DNA of 64,000 nucleotides from an uncultured Verrucomicrobiae bacterium (GCA_963788655.1 CAWBHS010000057.1:128001-192000); one strand, 5' to 3'. Shown: positions 8,821 to 19,460, counted from the stretch's first letter. Notes: generated by a model from the letters alone, not told the origin. A program made the numbers and translations.

Positions 8821-10038
8821 CTAAGCAGGCTGTGCCGTCGGGGCCATCGGTTTGCTACCCCAGCCGAACAGGCTCTTCAGCCATAGCCAGAATGCCCGGT
8901 ATCCTTTGACCAGACTTAAGTCGCGCACTTCGGAAAGCGCGTAAATCTGTGCAATGGTTTCTTCGTGCGAACGAAAACGGGGCGGCAACGTGAGATACGT
9001 TTTGGTCGTAGCGCCCTCCACGCGCATCAACTCCGGAAAGATCATTCCGCGGCCCAGGGCATATTGTCCCTCTGGCAATGGCAACGTGCGCGCCGGCAGG
9101 ACCAGTAACGGACGATACCGCAGCACGAACTCGCCCGAATCGGAGCGGGTTAGTTTGCCGTAAGTCCGCACCGGCACCTGGTCGATTTTGCGGGCGGTGA
9201 ACATCCAGTTGCCGGCGGGTTTGGGGACAAAGCGTTTTTGGCGTAACGTCAACAAATCCCACGCGAACACGTTGCCGAACACCGTGAGACGAAAGGACCA
9301 ACCGGCCAAAAAATAGGCGGCAACGATCAGCACCAGGGACCACACCGCGCCCCAGTATGGGTGGGCGAAGGACGTCAGCGTGACGGTCGAGAGCAAAAAC
9401 AAGCGCACGGATTTCAACCCGGCGTCCACCGTGGCAAACGGGCTGATAACAATCAGCACGTTGATGACATGGGAAACCATCCACACCAGCGCAAACGCGA
9501 ATATGGCGAGGGGGATGGTCAGGAAATTCACCAACACGCTCGGATCAAACGCCGCCAATCCGAGGCCTTGCCGCAGCGACTCCTCCGGGGAAGCCGCCTG
9601 GAAGAGCGTGGCCATGATCGGGACAAACGCGCCGGCGGCAATCAAACCACTGAGCTTGTTTTCAAATAACTCGAGGGCGTCCAGCGGCTTTTTGAGGACG
9701 GTGGGCACCGCCGGTCCCATTACATCTTTGGCAAAACAGAAACTGACGATTACCAAGGCCGGAATCCAAAACCACGGTTGCGCAAACCAGGGGAGTCGCG
9801 CCCGTTGCGCGGCCGCTGCGTGCAGGTATTTCCAGGCACCCACCGCGCTGACGCCCAGCAGTGGCGAAATGGCCACGCCCGTAATCGTGGACAACGCCTG
9901 GGCCGCGCGCACACCGGCCGAGGGATGGGCGGCGACCGTGGGCGTTGAGGCGGGAGCCGTTGTCGGCGGCGCGGCTTGGGCGACCAATAACGCGCTGACG
10001 GCCAACACTCCCAGGCAAAGCCAGATCCGTGTGTTCAT
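8821..10038 (-). CDS. Hypothetical multi-pass membrane protein with signal peptide
   Basis: 405-aa ORF: signal peptide, several hydrophobic segments, soluble C-terminal domain. Confidence 0.7.
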   Translation of the reverse strand: MNTRIWLCLGVLAVSALLVAQAAPPTTAPASTPTVAAHPSAGVRAAQALSTITGVAISPLLGVSAVGAWKYLHAAAAQRARLPWFAQPWFWIPALVIVSFCFAKDVMGPAVPTVLKKPLDALELFENKLSGLIAAGAFVPIMATLFQAASPEESLRQGLGLAAFDPSVLVNFLTIPLAIFAFALVWMVSHVINVLIVISPFATVDAGLKSVRLFLLSTVTLTSFAHPYWGAVWSLVLIVAAYFLAGWSFRLTVFGNVFAWDLLTLRQKRFVPKPAGNWMFTARKIDQVPVRTYGKLTRSDSGEFVLRYRPLLVLPARTLPLPEGQYALGRGMIFPELMRVEGATTKTYLTLPPRFRSHEETIAQIYALSEVRDLSLVKGYRAFWLWLKSLFGWGSKPMAPTAQPA

Positions 10039-10118
10039 GAGGCCAGAACTTGCCTGAGACGGTATTGGGGTAAAAGGGTAAAGTCGGTGGGCGAATCAGT
10101 ATCGCCTTCGCAGACCAC

Positions 10119-10676
10119 TCATTCTTCCGTGGCGGCACCGGACGCTTTCGCCCACTCCTCCACCATTGAGCCATAGGCACTGCGCAGCGGTTGGAGAACG
10201 CGCACCAATTCGCCATCGCGCCCCAACAAATGATCCGCGTATTGGATAATCAGACGATTCGGGAACGCTTCCGGCCGAGCGGCCTGCACCAGGCGTAGCG
10301 CCGCCTCCGCCTGGCTGGCGCCGAAGGCCTGGGCCGCCAGCACAAACGAGGCGGCCGTGGACCGGCTGATGCCCGCAAAACAATGGACAAGCGCATGCAC
10401 CGGGCCGGAACGGGATGCTTCCAGACAACGCTCGCCAAAGCTGAGGATCTCCGCCACTTGGGCTCGCGTCGGCGCGGCGGCTTGAAACAGCCTGGCTTCG
10501 TCCGTGCTTTCGACATCGTGGAACCAGAGCTGCAAATGCTCGCCGTGAAACCAGGACGGCGTTTCTTTGGGCGTCTGCGGATCTTCGAGCGACAACAAGT
10601 GCGTAAGGCGTTGGCGCGCGAATTGTTCAATTTCGCGCTTGCCACAAATCGAGAAGCGGTAAGGCATTTTCTTCAT
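10119..10676 (-). CDS. Predicted protein-tyrosine/dual-specificity phosphatase
   Basis: CX5R loop VHCFAGISRSTAA, then RPEAFPNRL. Confidence 0.88.
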   Translation of the reverse strand: MKKMPYRFSICGKREIEQFARQRLTHLLSLEDPQTPKETPSWFHGEHLQLWFHDVESTDEARLFQAAAPTRAQVAEILSFGERCLEASRSGPVHALVHCFAGISRSTAASFVLAAQAFGASQAEAALRLVQAARPEAFPNRLIIQYADHLLGRDGELVRVLQPLRSAYGSMVEEWAKASGAATEE

Positions 10677-10788
10677 CAGGCAACTGCCGGTTGCGTCTTC
10701 GTGCTGGACAACATTAATCGCATTCACGAAGCGTCTTCGCAAGCTGACTGCCTGCCAATCTGGCTGGATTTCCAAAAAATCTACGAAG

Positions 10789-11547
10789 TCACCGGTGCAT
10801 GACCGGCGGAAACAAATTTGAATCCACCCACCGCATCAACGCCAAACGATACAGGAATGCCGTGCGCACACAGCCCCAGCCGTATTCCAGGCTGCGGCGG
10901 AAATTGATGGATGAGGCCTCGGGAAAATATTTGGTCGGGCAGGTGACTTCGCCAATGGTGTAGCCAAACCAGAGCACTTGCAGGAGCACCTGGTTGTCGA
11001 AAACAAAATCATCCGAGTTGTCCGCCAACGGCAGCCGTTCGAGGATTTCCCGCGAGAACGCCCGGTAACCGGTGTGGTATTCGGACAATTTTGCGCCAGT
11101 GAGTAGATTTTCGACCAACGTGAGCACCCGGTTGGCCAGGTATTTCCACCACGGCATGCCGCCCTGGAGCGCGTAGCCGCCCAGAATGCGCGACCCCAGT
11201 ACGCACGGATATAGCCCTTGTTCCACCAGGGAAGCCATCACCGGCAACAGCTTGGGAGTGTATTGGTAATCCGGGTGGAGCATGATCACAATGTCCGCGC
11301 CGGCTTCCAGCGCCAGACGATAGCACGTTTTCTGATTGGCACCGTATCCCTGATTGTGTTCGTGCCGGTGCGCCTGCACCTTGACCAGCCGTTGCGCGAT
11401 GGTCAGCGTTTCGTCCTGGCTCGCATCGTCCACCAGGATGATCAAGTCCACGAACGGGTGCGCCGTGACTTCCTCATAAGTCTGCTGCAAGGTTCGAGCC
11501 GCATTGTAAGCCGGCATCACCACCACCACTTTTTTTCCGTTTAGCAT
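10789..11547 (-). CDS. Glycosyltransferase family 2 (DPM1-like)
   Basis: VVVMPAYNAA, LVDDASQD, NQGYGANQK, MLHPDYQY, HTGYRAFSR. Confidence 0.93.
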   Translation of the reverse strand: MLNGKKVVVVMPAYNAARTLQQTYEEVTAHPFVDLIILVDDASQDETLTIAQRLVKVQAHRHEHNQGYGANQKTCYRLALEAGADIVIMLHPDYQYTPKLLPVMASLVEQGLYPCVLGSRILGGYALQGGMPWWKYLANRVLTLVENLLTGAKLSEYHTGYRAFSREILERLPLADNSDDFVFDNQVLLQVLWFGYTIGEVTCPTKYFPEASSINFRRSLEYGWGCVRTAFLYRLALMRWVDSNLFPPVMHR

Positions 11548-11678
11548 CGCGTGCGCACGCAGCCTGTCTTCAGCCAGGGCGTGCGGGCAAACCCTTAACC
11601 TGAGTTGGGAAAATGTGCGAGGACTATTGCTCGTCCAATCCATCGGCCAAGGTTGCTTCGGTCGGGAATTTGCCGATA

Positions 11679-12587
11679 ATGGCTCCAGTGCAATTCATAC
11701 GAGACATCTACGCCTCGAAGCAAGCGACCCGCCGGCCGGTCGTTTCGGTGGAATATTTTACACCCAAGACCCCCGAGGGCGAACGCAACCTGTTGGCGAA
11801 GACCGTGCCGGCCCTCAACCAATTGGGGCTGGACTACTGCTCCGTCACCTACGGCGCCGGTGGCAGCACCCGGGAGAAAACCCTCGAAATCGTCGAGCGC
11901 ATCCAGCGGGACCATGGCTTGACCGCCATGGCGCACCTCACCTGCGTCAGCACCACCCGCCACCAGATTGGTGAGGTGCTGTTGGAAGCCAAGGAGCGGG
12001 GCATCCAAAACATCCTCGCGCTACGGGGCGATCCGCCGGGCGGGGAAGGTGAATTTCAAATCCTCGAGGGCGGCTTCGAATACGCTTACGAACTGGTGGA
12101 ATTGATCCGGCGGATCGGCGGATTCAGCACCGGCGTGGCCGGGTTTCCCGAAGGGCACATCGCCTGTCAGGCCGGCAAACTTGCCGACTGGCAATATCTG
12201 AAACGCAAGGTGGATTGTGGGGCCGACTTTGTCATCACTCAGCTTTTCTTCGACAATGCCGACTTTTATGAGTTCCGTGACCACCTGACCCAAAAACTGG
12301 GCGTCACGGTCCCGCTGGTTCCGGGTATCATTCCCATTCTGAGTGCCTCCCAGATTAAGAAGTTCACTTCGCTGTGCGGCGCTCGCATTCCGGAACGGCT
12401 GGCCCAACAACTGGAAAAGTTCGGTGATGACAACGAAGCCACCGGCCGGTTCGGCATCGACTACGCCACGCAACAATGCGAAGATCTGCTGCGACAAGGT
12501 GTGCCCGGACTCCATTTTTATACGTTGAACAAAGTCGGGGCCACCGCGCAGATTCTAAAGAACCTCCAGCTTGCCGCCGGTGCCTGA
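11679..12587 (+). CDS. metF: 5,10-methylenetetrahydrofolate reductase
   Basis: SVTYGAGGS, AMAHLTC, LALRGD, GFPEGH, GADFVITQLFF, GLHFYTLN. Confidence 0.96.
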   Translation: MAPVQFIRDIYASKQATRRPVVSVEYFTPKTPEGERNLLAKTVPALNQLGLDYCSVTYGAGGSTREKTLEIVERIQRDHGLTAMAHLTCVSTTRHQIGEVLLEAKERGIQNILALRGDPPGGEGEFQILEGGFEYAYELVELIRRIGGFSTGVAGFPEGHIACQAGKLADWQYLKRKVDCGADFVITQLFFDNADFYEFRDHLTQKLGVTVPLVPGIIPILSASQIKKFTSLCGARIPERLAQQLEKFGDDNEATGRFGIDYATQQCEDLLRQGVPGLHFYTLNKVGATAQILKNLQLAAGA

Positions 12588-12619
12588 ACGGACCTTACCG
12601 CACTTACATTGCCGGCCGC

Positions 12620-12864
12620 AACGTGCTGCCGGCATCTTGCCGGCAGACTGGAATGGGCCGTTCGGTCAAAGCCCAATTTCCAATGACCAATGACCAGAGC
12701 ATGACCAAGATCCAAGGTCCAATTACCCACCGGCTCACAGCAGGGATTGTGAAAGTGTCTTGGTGCTTGAGCAGTGGGCTTTCTTTGGTCATTGGAGGTT
12801 GGCCGTTGGTCATTCCCACCCGCTGTTCGATTCGTTTCTGCCGGCGAGACGCCGGCAGCACGTT
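12620..12864. repeat. REPIN-like element: inverted 28-bp REPs enclosing inverted CAATGAC/GTCATTG heptamer arrays
   Basis: AACGTGCTGCCGGCATCTTGCCGGCAGA at 12620 and its near-perfect reverse complement at 12837-12864. Confidence 0.8.
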
Positions 12865-12922
12865 GACCACGCGCCATCCCGCCGCTTGACACTGACCGGG
12901 AAAGGCCGAACGCTTTCCACGC

Positions 12923-13405
12923 GTGAAATTCGGGTTCAATCTCAAGTCCCTGGCGTGGCTGTTCGTGATCGTGTTGGCCGCATACATTGCCGGCTTCTAC
13001 GGCATCGAGCATTTGCGGCATCGCCGGGGCCCGTGGGTGGTGACGTTTATCACGGACACAAATGGCCAGCCGGCCATCGTGATTGATCAGCCTGCCTTGA
13101 ACATTGCGGAGGTCACCATTCACTTTCTCGGCGAACATGCCGCGTCGGCCGGGTTGCGTCGAACCGTTCGCTTCAGTGCTCCGTTAACGCCGGTGCCCTT
13201 TGGCAAAGTCATTAATGAAGACTTGAGATTCCTGCCTGGCGTGGTGACCTTCGATCTGTTCGGACATGAAATCGAATTACGGCCGCCGGTGCTGTCGGTC
13301 AATCGCCGGGAGATTCCGTGGAAACGCAATCGGATGATCAAACTAACCGCCGCGGACAAGCCCGCCGAACCACTGGGTTCAACGGATAATTCAGGCGGGC
13401 ATTGA
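12923..13405 (+). CDS. Hypothetical protein with N-terminal membrane anchor
   Basis: 160-aa ORF with N-terminal TM segment and plausible composition. Confidence 0.7.
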   Translation: MKFGFNLKSLAWLFVIVLAAYIAGFYGIEHLRHRRGPWVVTFITDTNGQPAIVIDQPALNIAEVTIHFLGEHAASAGLRRTVRFSAPLTPVPFGKVINEDLRFLPGVVTFDLFGHEIELRPPVLSVNRREIPWKRNRMIKLTAADKPAEPLGSTDNSGGH

Positions 13406-13428
13406 TTACCGAGAGGGGGCCGGAGGCG

Positions 13429-13627
13429 CAATGACCAACGTCCAATGACCAATGACCAGAGAAGATCCAAGCCCGAATGCCCAAGACCAAGGTGAGCGGA
13501 GGTCCGATGCCGGCCGAATGGTATTTGCTTGGTGGAACTTGGTCAGTCCCTGGTCATTGGTCATTGGACATTGGACATTGACCGAACGGCCCGTTCCAAT
13601 CTGCCGGCAAGATGCCGGCAGCACGTT
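13429..13627 (-). repeat. Inverted second copy of the 12620 element (one REP plus heptamer arrays)
   Basis: Reverse complement matches 12620 onward, with 2 mismatches in the first 50 bp. Confidence 0.8.
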
Positions 13628-13685
13628 CGCCGGAGAATAAGATTGTGTTTTCCGGTCCAAGGGAGCCTGATTGGGGCTCGCACGC

Positions 13686-14611
13686 ATGGACCGGAAACTT
13701 CCATACCCACCGTTGGAGCCGCCATCCTGATGACGCTGGCCGTCATCGGTCTGCAAATCGTCTTGATCATTCCTATCCAGATCGCCGCGACCATCTTCGC
13801 TCACACGCAGGGAGGGGACGCTCGATCCATTATAGAACATCCGGCCATGCTGGCCGTGGTCAACATCATTGCTCTCGGTGCGGTGATCTATTGGGGCGTT
13901 CACCGCAACCCCGTGCCATGGCAGCAAGTCCTGCCGTTGCGAGCCATCCCTTGGCGAGTGGTGCTGGCCATCGCGGTGATGGTTCCGGGCATGGGCATCC
14001 TGCTTTCCGAGATCGACAATTTGTTTCGCCGAGTGGTGCCAGTGCCGGACTTTGTGGCCGAGTTGTTCAAGGATCTGTTACACAATCCCGCGCACTTGTG
14101 GGCGGCTGCTGTTACCATGATCCTGGTCGCACCCGCCACCGAGGAACCGTTGTTTCGCGGGGTGATCCTGCGAGGCTTGCTGGGGCATTGCCGGACGGGG
14201 ACCGCCATCGTTGCCAGCTCCTTGTTGTTCGGCCTGGCGCACTTGAATCCCTGGCAGTTCATTTCCGCCACGCTACTGGGAATGGTTTTTGCCTGGTGGT
14301 ATGTCCGGACCCAATCACTGTTACCCGGACTGATTGGCCATGCCCTGGCCAATGGCCTGGTGTTTTGTGCTCCCTATTTCCCCTTCGAAATCCGAGGCTT
14401 CAATCGACTGAGCGATTACCAAACGCTTGAACTTCAGCCAGTCTGGTTCGATGGACTGGGACTCGCCCTCGTGCTGTTGGGTGCCTGGTTGTTCCGACGA
14501 TGGACACCCAAATCTTCAGGGGAGGAATCGGCGCCGCCCGTCATCGATGCGTGGCCGGCAAGTCCGGTGGGAACGAGTGACGTGCCCGGCCAACCCAGCA
14601 GCAGCGAATAG
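13686..14611 (+). CDS. CPBP (CAAX/Abi) intramembrane metalloprotease; probable 1-nt deletion near 13707
   Basis: EEPLFRG, FGLAH, GHALAN motifs; MDRKLPYP/TVGAAILM join across a C-run. Confidence 0.88.
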
Positions 14612-14637
14612 ATCCCAACGGCACGGTAACCAAGCAA

Positions 14638-14778
14638 GGGGAGCACAGGCGCCTCGCCTGTTGGGCGGGGCGCCTCGCGCCGACCGCGAATGGAACGACG
14701 CGGGCGATTTGAAAACGGCGGCGGTTTGCGAGTCAACGGCAGGGCGCCGTTGACTGCGCCCGAAGCGGGCGCGCTCCC
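14638..14778. repeat. REP pair (GGGAGCAC...GCGCTCCC family)
   Basis: Palindromic ends GGGAGCACAGGCGCCTCGCCTG ... GCGCCCGAAGCGGGCGCGCTCCC. Confidence 0.55.
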
Positions 14779-14847
14779 TGCTTATGGCGTGAGCCACACT
14801 TCATCCCTGCGTTGACGCTTCGAAATGTTCCCGGCAAGGTGAAGTCC

Positions 14848-16236
14848 ATGAAAACACTGCTGCGTGGTTGGATTGGACTCTTGGCTATAACTGGTGTGGC
14901 TTGGGGCGCTGCTTCCGAACGGGGAGCCACCTTGCTTCTCCAATGGCAACAACCGACACCGCGCATGCATTCGACGGTTTCGGCGAAACCATTCCTGTTC
15001 CTTGGTCCGATGCTGGGGAATGTCAGTTCCACCCAAGCGATGATTTGGGGGCGGGCGTCCGGACCGGCGCAATTGGCCGTGCGCGTTGGTCCGCGCGACG
15101 ATTTGACCAACGCACGACAAGTCAACGGCCCGAAGCTGGTCGCGGAAAGCGGCTTCATGGGAACCACAACGGTTGCCGGGCTCGAACCCTCCCGGCGCTA
15201 TTACTACTGCCTCTTGTTGGACGGCCAACCCGCCATGCTGCCGCCCTATCCATCGTTCACAACCCCACCGCCGGAAGGCACCCCGGGACATCTGCGGTTT
15301 GCCTTTGTTTCGTGCGTCGGCTACCACGGTTACGACGCCGCGCCCAGTTACGCGGATATGGCGTCACGGACCAATCTCGATCTGGTGTTGATGCTGGGCG
15401 ACAACCATTACGCCAACACTACCGATCCGGTTAAACAGCGCGCCTATTACGCCGACCAGCGCCGGCAGGCCGGCTGGCGCGAACTGGCGGCGCACACACC
15501 GATCTATGCGGTTTGGGACGACCACGACTTTGGTCCGGACAACAGCGACAGCACCTTGAAAGGGAAAGCGCGATCGCTCCAAACATTCAAAGAACATTGG
15601 GCCAATCCGGCGTACGGAGAAACCAACAATCCTGGCGTCTATTTCAAATTCACTCGCGACAACGTGGAGTTCTTCATGCTGGACGACCGCTATCACCGCT
15701 CGCCGAACAAAGTCAAAGACGGACCGAACAAGACCATGCTCGGCGCCGAGCAAGTCGCATGGTTGAAGCGTGAGTTGCTGGCTTCCACCGCGCCCATCAA
15801 GGTCCTCGCCGCCGGGGGGGAATGGGAATCCCATGGCACGGACGATTCCTGGGCCAGCTTCGCGCGGGAACGAGACGATATCTTCCAATTTATCCGCGAC
15901 CACAATATCAAGGGAGTGCTTCTCATTTCCGGAGACCGGCATTTCACCGGCGCCTACCAGGTCCAAGGCCGATGGATCGAAGTGACCTCCGGCCCGCTCG
16001 GCAGTTCCAATGCGAAAACAAAAAACTTGCCGGAGATGTTCCTGAACCTTAGCGATTCGAAGGCCAAATACTATTGCATTTATGACCTTGATACGCGCCC
16101 GGCGAAACCCGCCGTCACGCTGGAGGTGTATCGCGTGGGCGAAGGATTGGTAACACGCCGGGCGTTCACGTGGGCAGAAGTGCTGGGCGAAAAGAAAATC
16201 CCTCCCCTGGCCGCAGGCGCAACCACCACGAAATAG
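14848..16236 (+). CDS. Alkaline phosphatase D (PhoD) family protein
   Basis: LMLGDNHYA, WDDHDFG, FMLDDRYHR, ISGDRH; signal peptide. Confidence 0.92.
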   Translation: MKTLLRGWIGLLAITGVAWGAASERGATLLLQWQQPTPRMHSTVSAKPFLFLGPMLGNVSSTQAMIWGRASGPAQLAVRVGPRDDLTNARQVNGPKLVAESGFMGTTTVAGLEPSRRYYYCLLLDGQPAMLPPYPSFTTPPPEGTPGHLRFAFVSCVGYHGYDAAPSYADMASRTNLDLVLMLGDNHYANTTDPVKQRAYYADQRRQAGWRELAAHTPIYAVWDDHDFGPDNSDSTLKGKARSLQTFKEHWANPAYGETNNPGVYFKFTRDNVEFFMLDDRYHRSPNKVKDGPNKTMLGAEQVAWLKRELLASTAPIKVLAAGGEWESHGTDDSWASFARERDDIFQFIRDHNIKGVLLISGDRHFTGAYQVQGRWIEVTSGPLGSSNAKTKNLPEMFLNLSDSKAKYYCIYDLDTRPAKPAVTLEVYRVGEGLVTRRAFTWAEVLGEKKIPPLAAGATTTK

Positions 16237-16263
16237 CAACCAAGAAAGCCGCACTTCGGTAAC

Positions 16264-16381
16264 GGTAGGACAGGCGTCCCGCCTGTATCGGATTCTTAAA
16301 CGGCGTTCGCCGTTCTGCGTAACGCTCAGCGGCGGAATGAGCGCCTTTGAAAGTTCGGGACAGCCGGGACGGCTGTCCTAC
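16264..16381. repeat. REPIN, GGTAGGACAG family
   Basis: GGTAGGACAGGCGTCCCGCCTGT ... GACAGCCGGGACGGCTGTCCTAC inverted pair. Confidence 0.75.
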
Positions 16382-16401
16382 GGGGGGAGGACCTCCGAAC
16401 C

Positions 16402-16548
16402 TCGCGCAGCGTTTGGAGCGCATGGAGCTTGCTTCCGCTTTCGTCGGACAGGAACGCACTAAAAGGCCGGGAACGCACATAAGAATTTGATCGCCTCCCT
16501 CCAAATGAAAGCGCCGGCAAGCCGGACGCACTCCAAACGCTGGCGCGA
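16402..16548. repeat. REPIN, CAGCGTTTGGAG family
   Basis: TCGCGCAGCGTTTGGAGCGCATGGAGCTTGCTTCCGCTTTC ... GAAAGCGCCGGCAAGCCGGACGCACTCCAAACGCTGGCGCGA inverted pair. Confidence 0.75.
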
Positions 16549-16674
16549 CCAACTGCATACCGTTCCCGAATGCGCGCCTTCCGTGCGAGTATTCATCTGT
16601 TTCACGCTTCACGCTTCAACAGTTGAACCCCTTGCCCGTCACAAAACTCATCCGATCCATTTCCGAATGCCCCC

Positions 16675-18027
16675 TCACCCTTGCAACTGATCCCGATTCG
16701 CATAGACCTTGAGGATGGCGTCGGCGATGTCGTCCATGTCTTCCTTGGTGCCAAGCAAAGGCCCCGAAGCCCAAAGCATCACCATTTCCTGGCAAACCTG
16801 ATCGCAGCGCGGACACGCCAGTTCCTCGCGATAGCGTTTCAGCCGGGCGGGCGAATACATTTTCTGGTACACCTTCGAATTCAATACGTGGTCCACCCAC
16901 GGTTCCCGGTGCAGTCCGCGCGCAATGTAAGGGCTGAGGCTGACGCCTTCAGCGGCGAGCGCCTTGAGAAAAAGGCTGCGGTCCGCGCCGTTGAAGTGCT
17001 CCTTGCGATAGGTCATTGCGTAAAGATAAAACGAGCCGCTGGCCGTGCCCGGGTAGAGTTTCTGCGGCACCACGCCAGGGCAATCTTTGAGGCGAGCCGT
17101 CAGGTGAGCCGCGTTTTCATTGCGGCGCTGAAAGCGTTCCTGCACGCCGGGCATTTGACCCAGCAGAACGGCGGCTTCAAACTCGTTCATCCGGTATTTG
17201 GGCCCGATCACTTCGGTACGTCCGCGGCGCGAGGTGCCATGGTTGTGGACGGTGTAACATTGGTCCATCAACGCTTCGTCGTCCCCAACGATGCCGCCGC
17301 CTTCGCCGCAAGCAATGGTTTTGCTGGTTTGAAAACTGAAACAGCCCAAGTCGCCAATGGTGCCGAGTTTCTTGCCCTGATATTCGGCGAGGTGGGCCTG
17401 GCAGGTATCTTCGATCACTTTCAAATTGTGCTTCCGGGCCAGCGCCATGATGCGCTCCAAGTCGCACGGCTGGCCCATCATGTGGACGGGCATAATGGCG
17501 CGGGTGTTCTCCGTGATGCGACGTTCCACGTCGGCGGGATCAAGCTGATACGATTCGAGGTCCAGATCGGCCAGCACCGGCAACGCGCGGCTCGAAAGTA
17601 TCGAAGCCGTAGTTCCCGGATCGGTGTACGGTGACGTGATGACTTCATCGCCAGGACCAATGCCCAGGGCTTCGACACACGTGTGCAACGCCTGCGTTCC
17701 CGAACCGGTGAGCACGCAGAGTTTGGCGCCCACCAAACGGGCAAATTCCTTCTCAAACGTCGGCACCGTACCGGACTGGGATTGGATGCGGCACCAAATC
17801 CCGCTTTTGGTGGTTTTCACAATCGAGTCCACCACCTGTTCATCCCAATACGGCCAGGACGGCCAGCTCTTGTTTTTGCGGACGGGTTCACCGCCCCGCA
17901 GCGCCAGTTTGCCCGCCTTACGCACAACGTCCCCGTACGCCGGAAGGGTCCGGGAGGTGACCGCGGCAATCGAAGTGGCGGACGCGGTCGCGATGAATTG
18001 TCGCCGGGTGTAATTGGTCTTTTTCAT
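16675..18027 (-). CDS. DegT/DnrJ/EryC1/StrS PLP-dependent aminotransferase with twin-arginine signal
   Basis: N-terminal TRRQFI; GSGTQAL, PVHMMG, IEDTCQAH, SFQTSK (PLP lysine), GEGG. Confidence 0.92.
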   Translation of the reverse strand: MKKTNYTRRQFIATASATSIAAVTSRTLPAYGDVVRKAGKLALRGGEPVRKNKSWPSWPYWDEQVVDSIVKTTKSGIWCRIQSQSGTVPTFEKEFARLVGAKLCVLTGSGTQALHTCVEALGIGPGDEVITSPYTDPGTTASILSSRALPVLADLDLESYQLDPADVERRITENTRAIMPVHMMGQPCDLERIMALARKHNLKVIEDTCQAHLAEYQGKKLGTIGDLGCFSFQTSKTIACGEGGGIVGDDEALMDQCYTVHNHGTSRRGRTEVIGPKYRMNEFEAAVLLGQMPGVQERFQRRNENAAHLTARLKDCPGVVPQKLYPGTASGSFYLYAMTYRKEHFNGADRSLFLKALAAEGVSLSPYIARGLHREPWVDHVLNSKVYQKMYSPARLKRYREELACPRCDQVCQEMVMLWASGPLLGTKEDMDDIADAILKVYANRDQLQG

Positions 18028-18039
18028 TTCCGGACCTTT

Positions 18040-19424
18040 CTATTGAGGGTTGGGGATGCTGATCAAGTCGGTCACCGTTTTGCCATTCCGCTTGATCCGT
18101 GAAAGCGTATAGACCGTGCTGTCCTTTCCCACGGCGATCGAGTTCACGTAGGCGGGCCGGTCGCCATTTTCAAAAAGAATGGGGCCGTGGTCGCGATAAG
18201 TGCGGGAGGGGATGTGGTAGGTGATCAGGTGAAGGTTCTCGACGCCTTTCGATTCGCCCATGGCGGTGGACTCCTTGCCCTTGACGCGTTGGCCGTCCAC
18301 ATAGACCGGTCCACCGGTAAGATAATAAATGGTCTGCCGGTCCGGCCCCAGCGTGAAGCCGAGATACCCGTAGCTGAATTGGTCGAACATGCCGCTGCGC
18401 TTGGAGGGCAAGGACGTGATGCGGTCCAGAACCTCGACCCGGTTCTGCGCCGGGAGCGTAACGGAACAAGTAACCCGAATTGCCGTGCACGGCGTAAACA
18501 GCCTTCTCCGGCGCATACCAAATCGTCTGCCGCCAGTTGTAGCCCATGTGACCGGGAGAGGTTGGATCATACAAACCGAAGTAATCCTTTTTCAAATCCT
18601 CGCCCTGGATGGTTTCAATCGCGTCCTTATCGGCACGATAACGCAGAATGGCGCCGTCGCCGGTGCTGAAGTAAGCCGAGCCATCGTCCGAATCGACCGC
18701 CAACGAACGGCAAAGAGTGCGGTAAGCTTGACCTTTGCCGTTTTCGCCGTCCCGGGAAAACTTGCCAAGGTTCTTCAAGTCCCGCCTGGCCAAGTCCAGC
18801 CGAAGGACGTATCCGCTGGGCCACGTGATCCCGAACAGGCGGCCGCGCCGGGTGTCCATGTTCATGGTGATAATGCCCTCGCCATGCGGCGCAATGCCTA
18901 GTTCCTCGGTACTGGTCCGTGGCCAAGTCGTAGCTGAGGAAATGGCCGCCGGGATAAGGCCGATAACCGGGGGGCGGGATGCCAATCTTCTCCATGCCGT
19001 CGATGATGCTGTAATAGCCAACGTGCGTCGCGAAATAGAGCTTGCCGCCGGACTCGACGAAGTTGACATGTGATTTACCCTGCGGAATGGCTTTCAGTCC
19101 CGCCTCCCCGCAGGCCTCGGTGAGATCGCCCAAGTAGCGAACAGCATTATCGCGCGGATCGTAGGCATACATTTTGGCGCCCCCATCGATGGACTCCGAG
19201 GACAGGACGTAATAGATACGGCCACCGCTGGCCGCGAGCATGCCGTTGTACGTATCGTGCGCCAGTGCGAAACCCGAGTTGTGCGTTTGGGCGATCAGTT
19301 TGCCAGCGCGCGCAGATCGGGCCGTGGAAGCAATCTCAACCTGGGCAGCACGCAGCAGATCAGTGGGTTGAACGAAGGCCAGCCCGAAGGCCGCGAACCA
19401 TAGGGGGAACAACGATGTTTTCAT
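18040..19424 (-). CDS. Secreted beta-propeller-like protein; two apparent frameshifts (~18905, ~18452)
   Basis: ORFs 18627..19424, 18170..19069 and 18040..18570 join into one signal-peptide protein with repeated YD/LG-type blade motifs (QGKSHV, YPGGHFLSYDL). Confidence 0.75.
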
Positions 19425-19460
19425 CTCTGATTACTTGAATGGTTGAAGTGACCGCATACC

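Noticed and set aside
12476..13138. ORFs with SLVIGHW-type or IRNPKSE-type repeats (also 13406..13927, 43577..44182)
   Set aside because: Translations of non-coding heptamer arrays.
12620..13627. CRISPR array
   Set aside because: Repeats are inverted and heptameric, with no regular repeat-spacer period and no cas genes.
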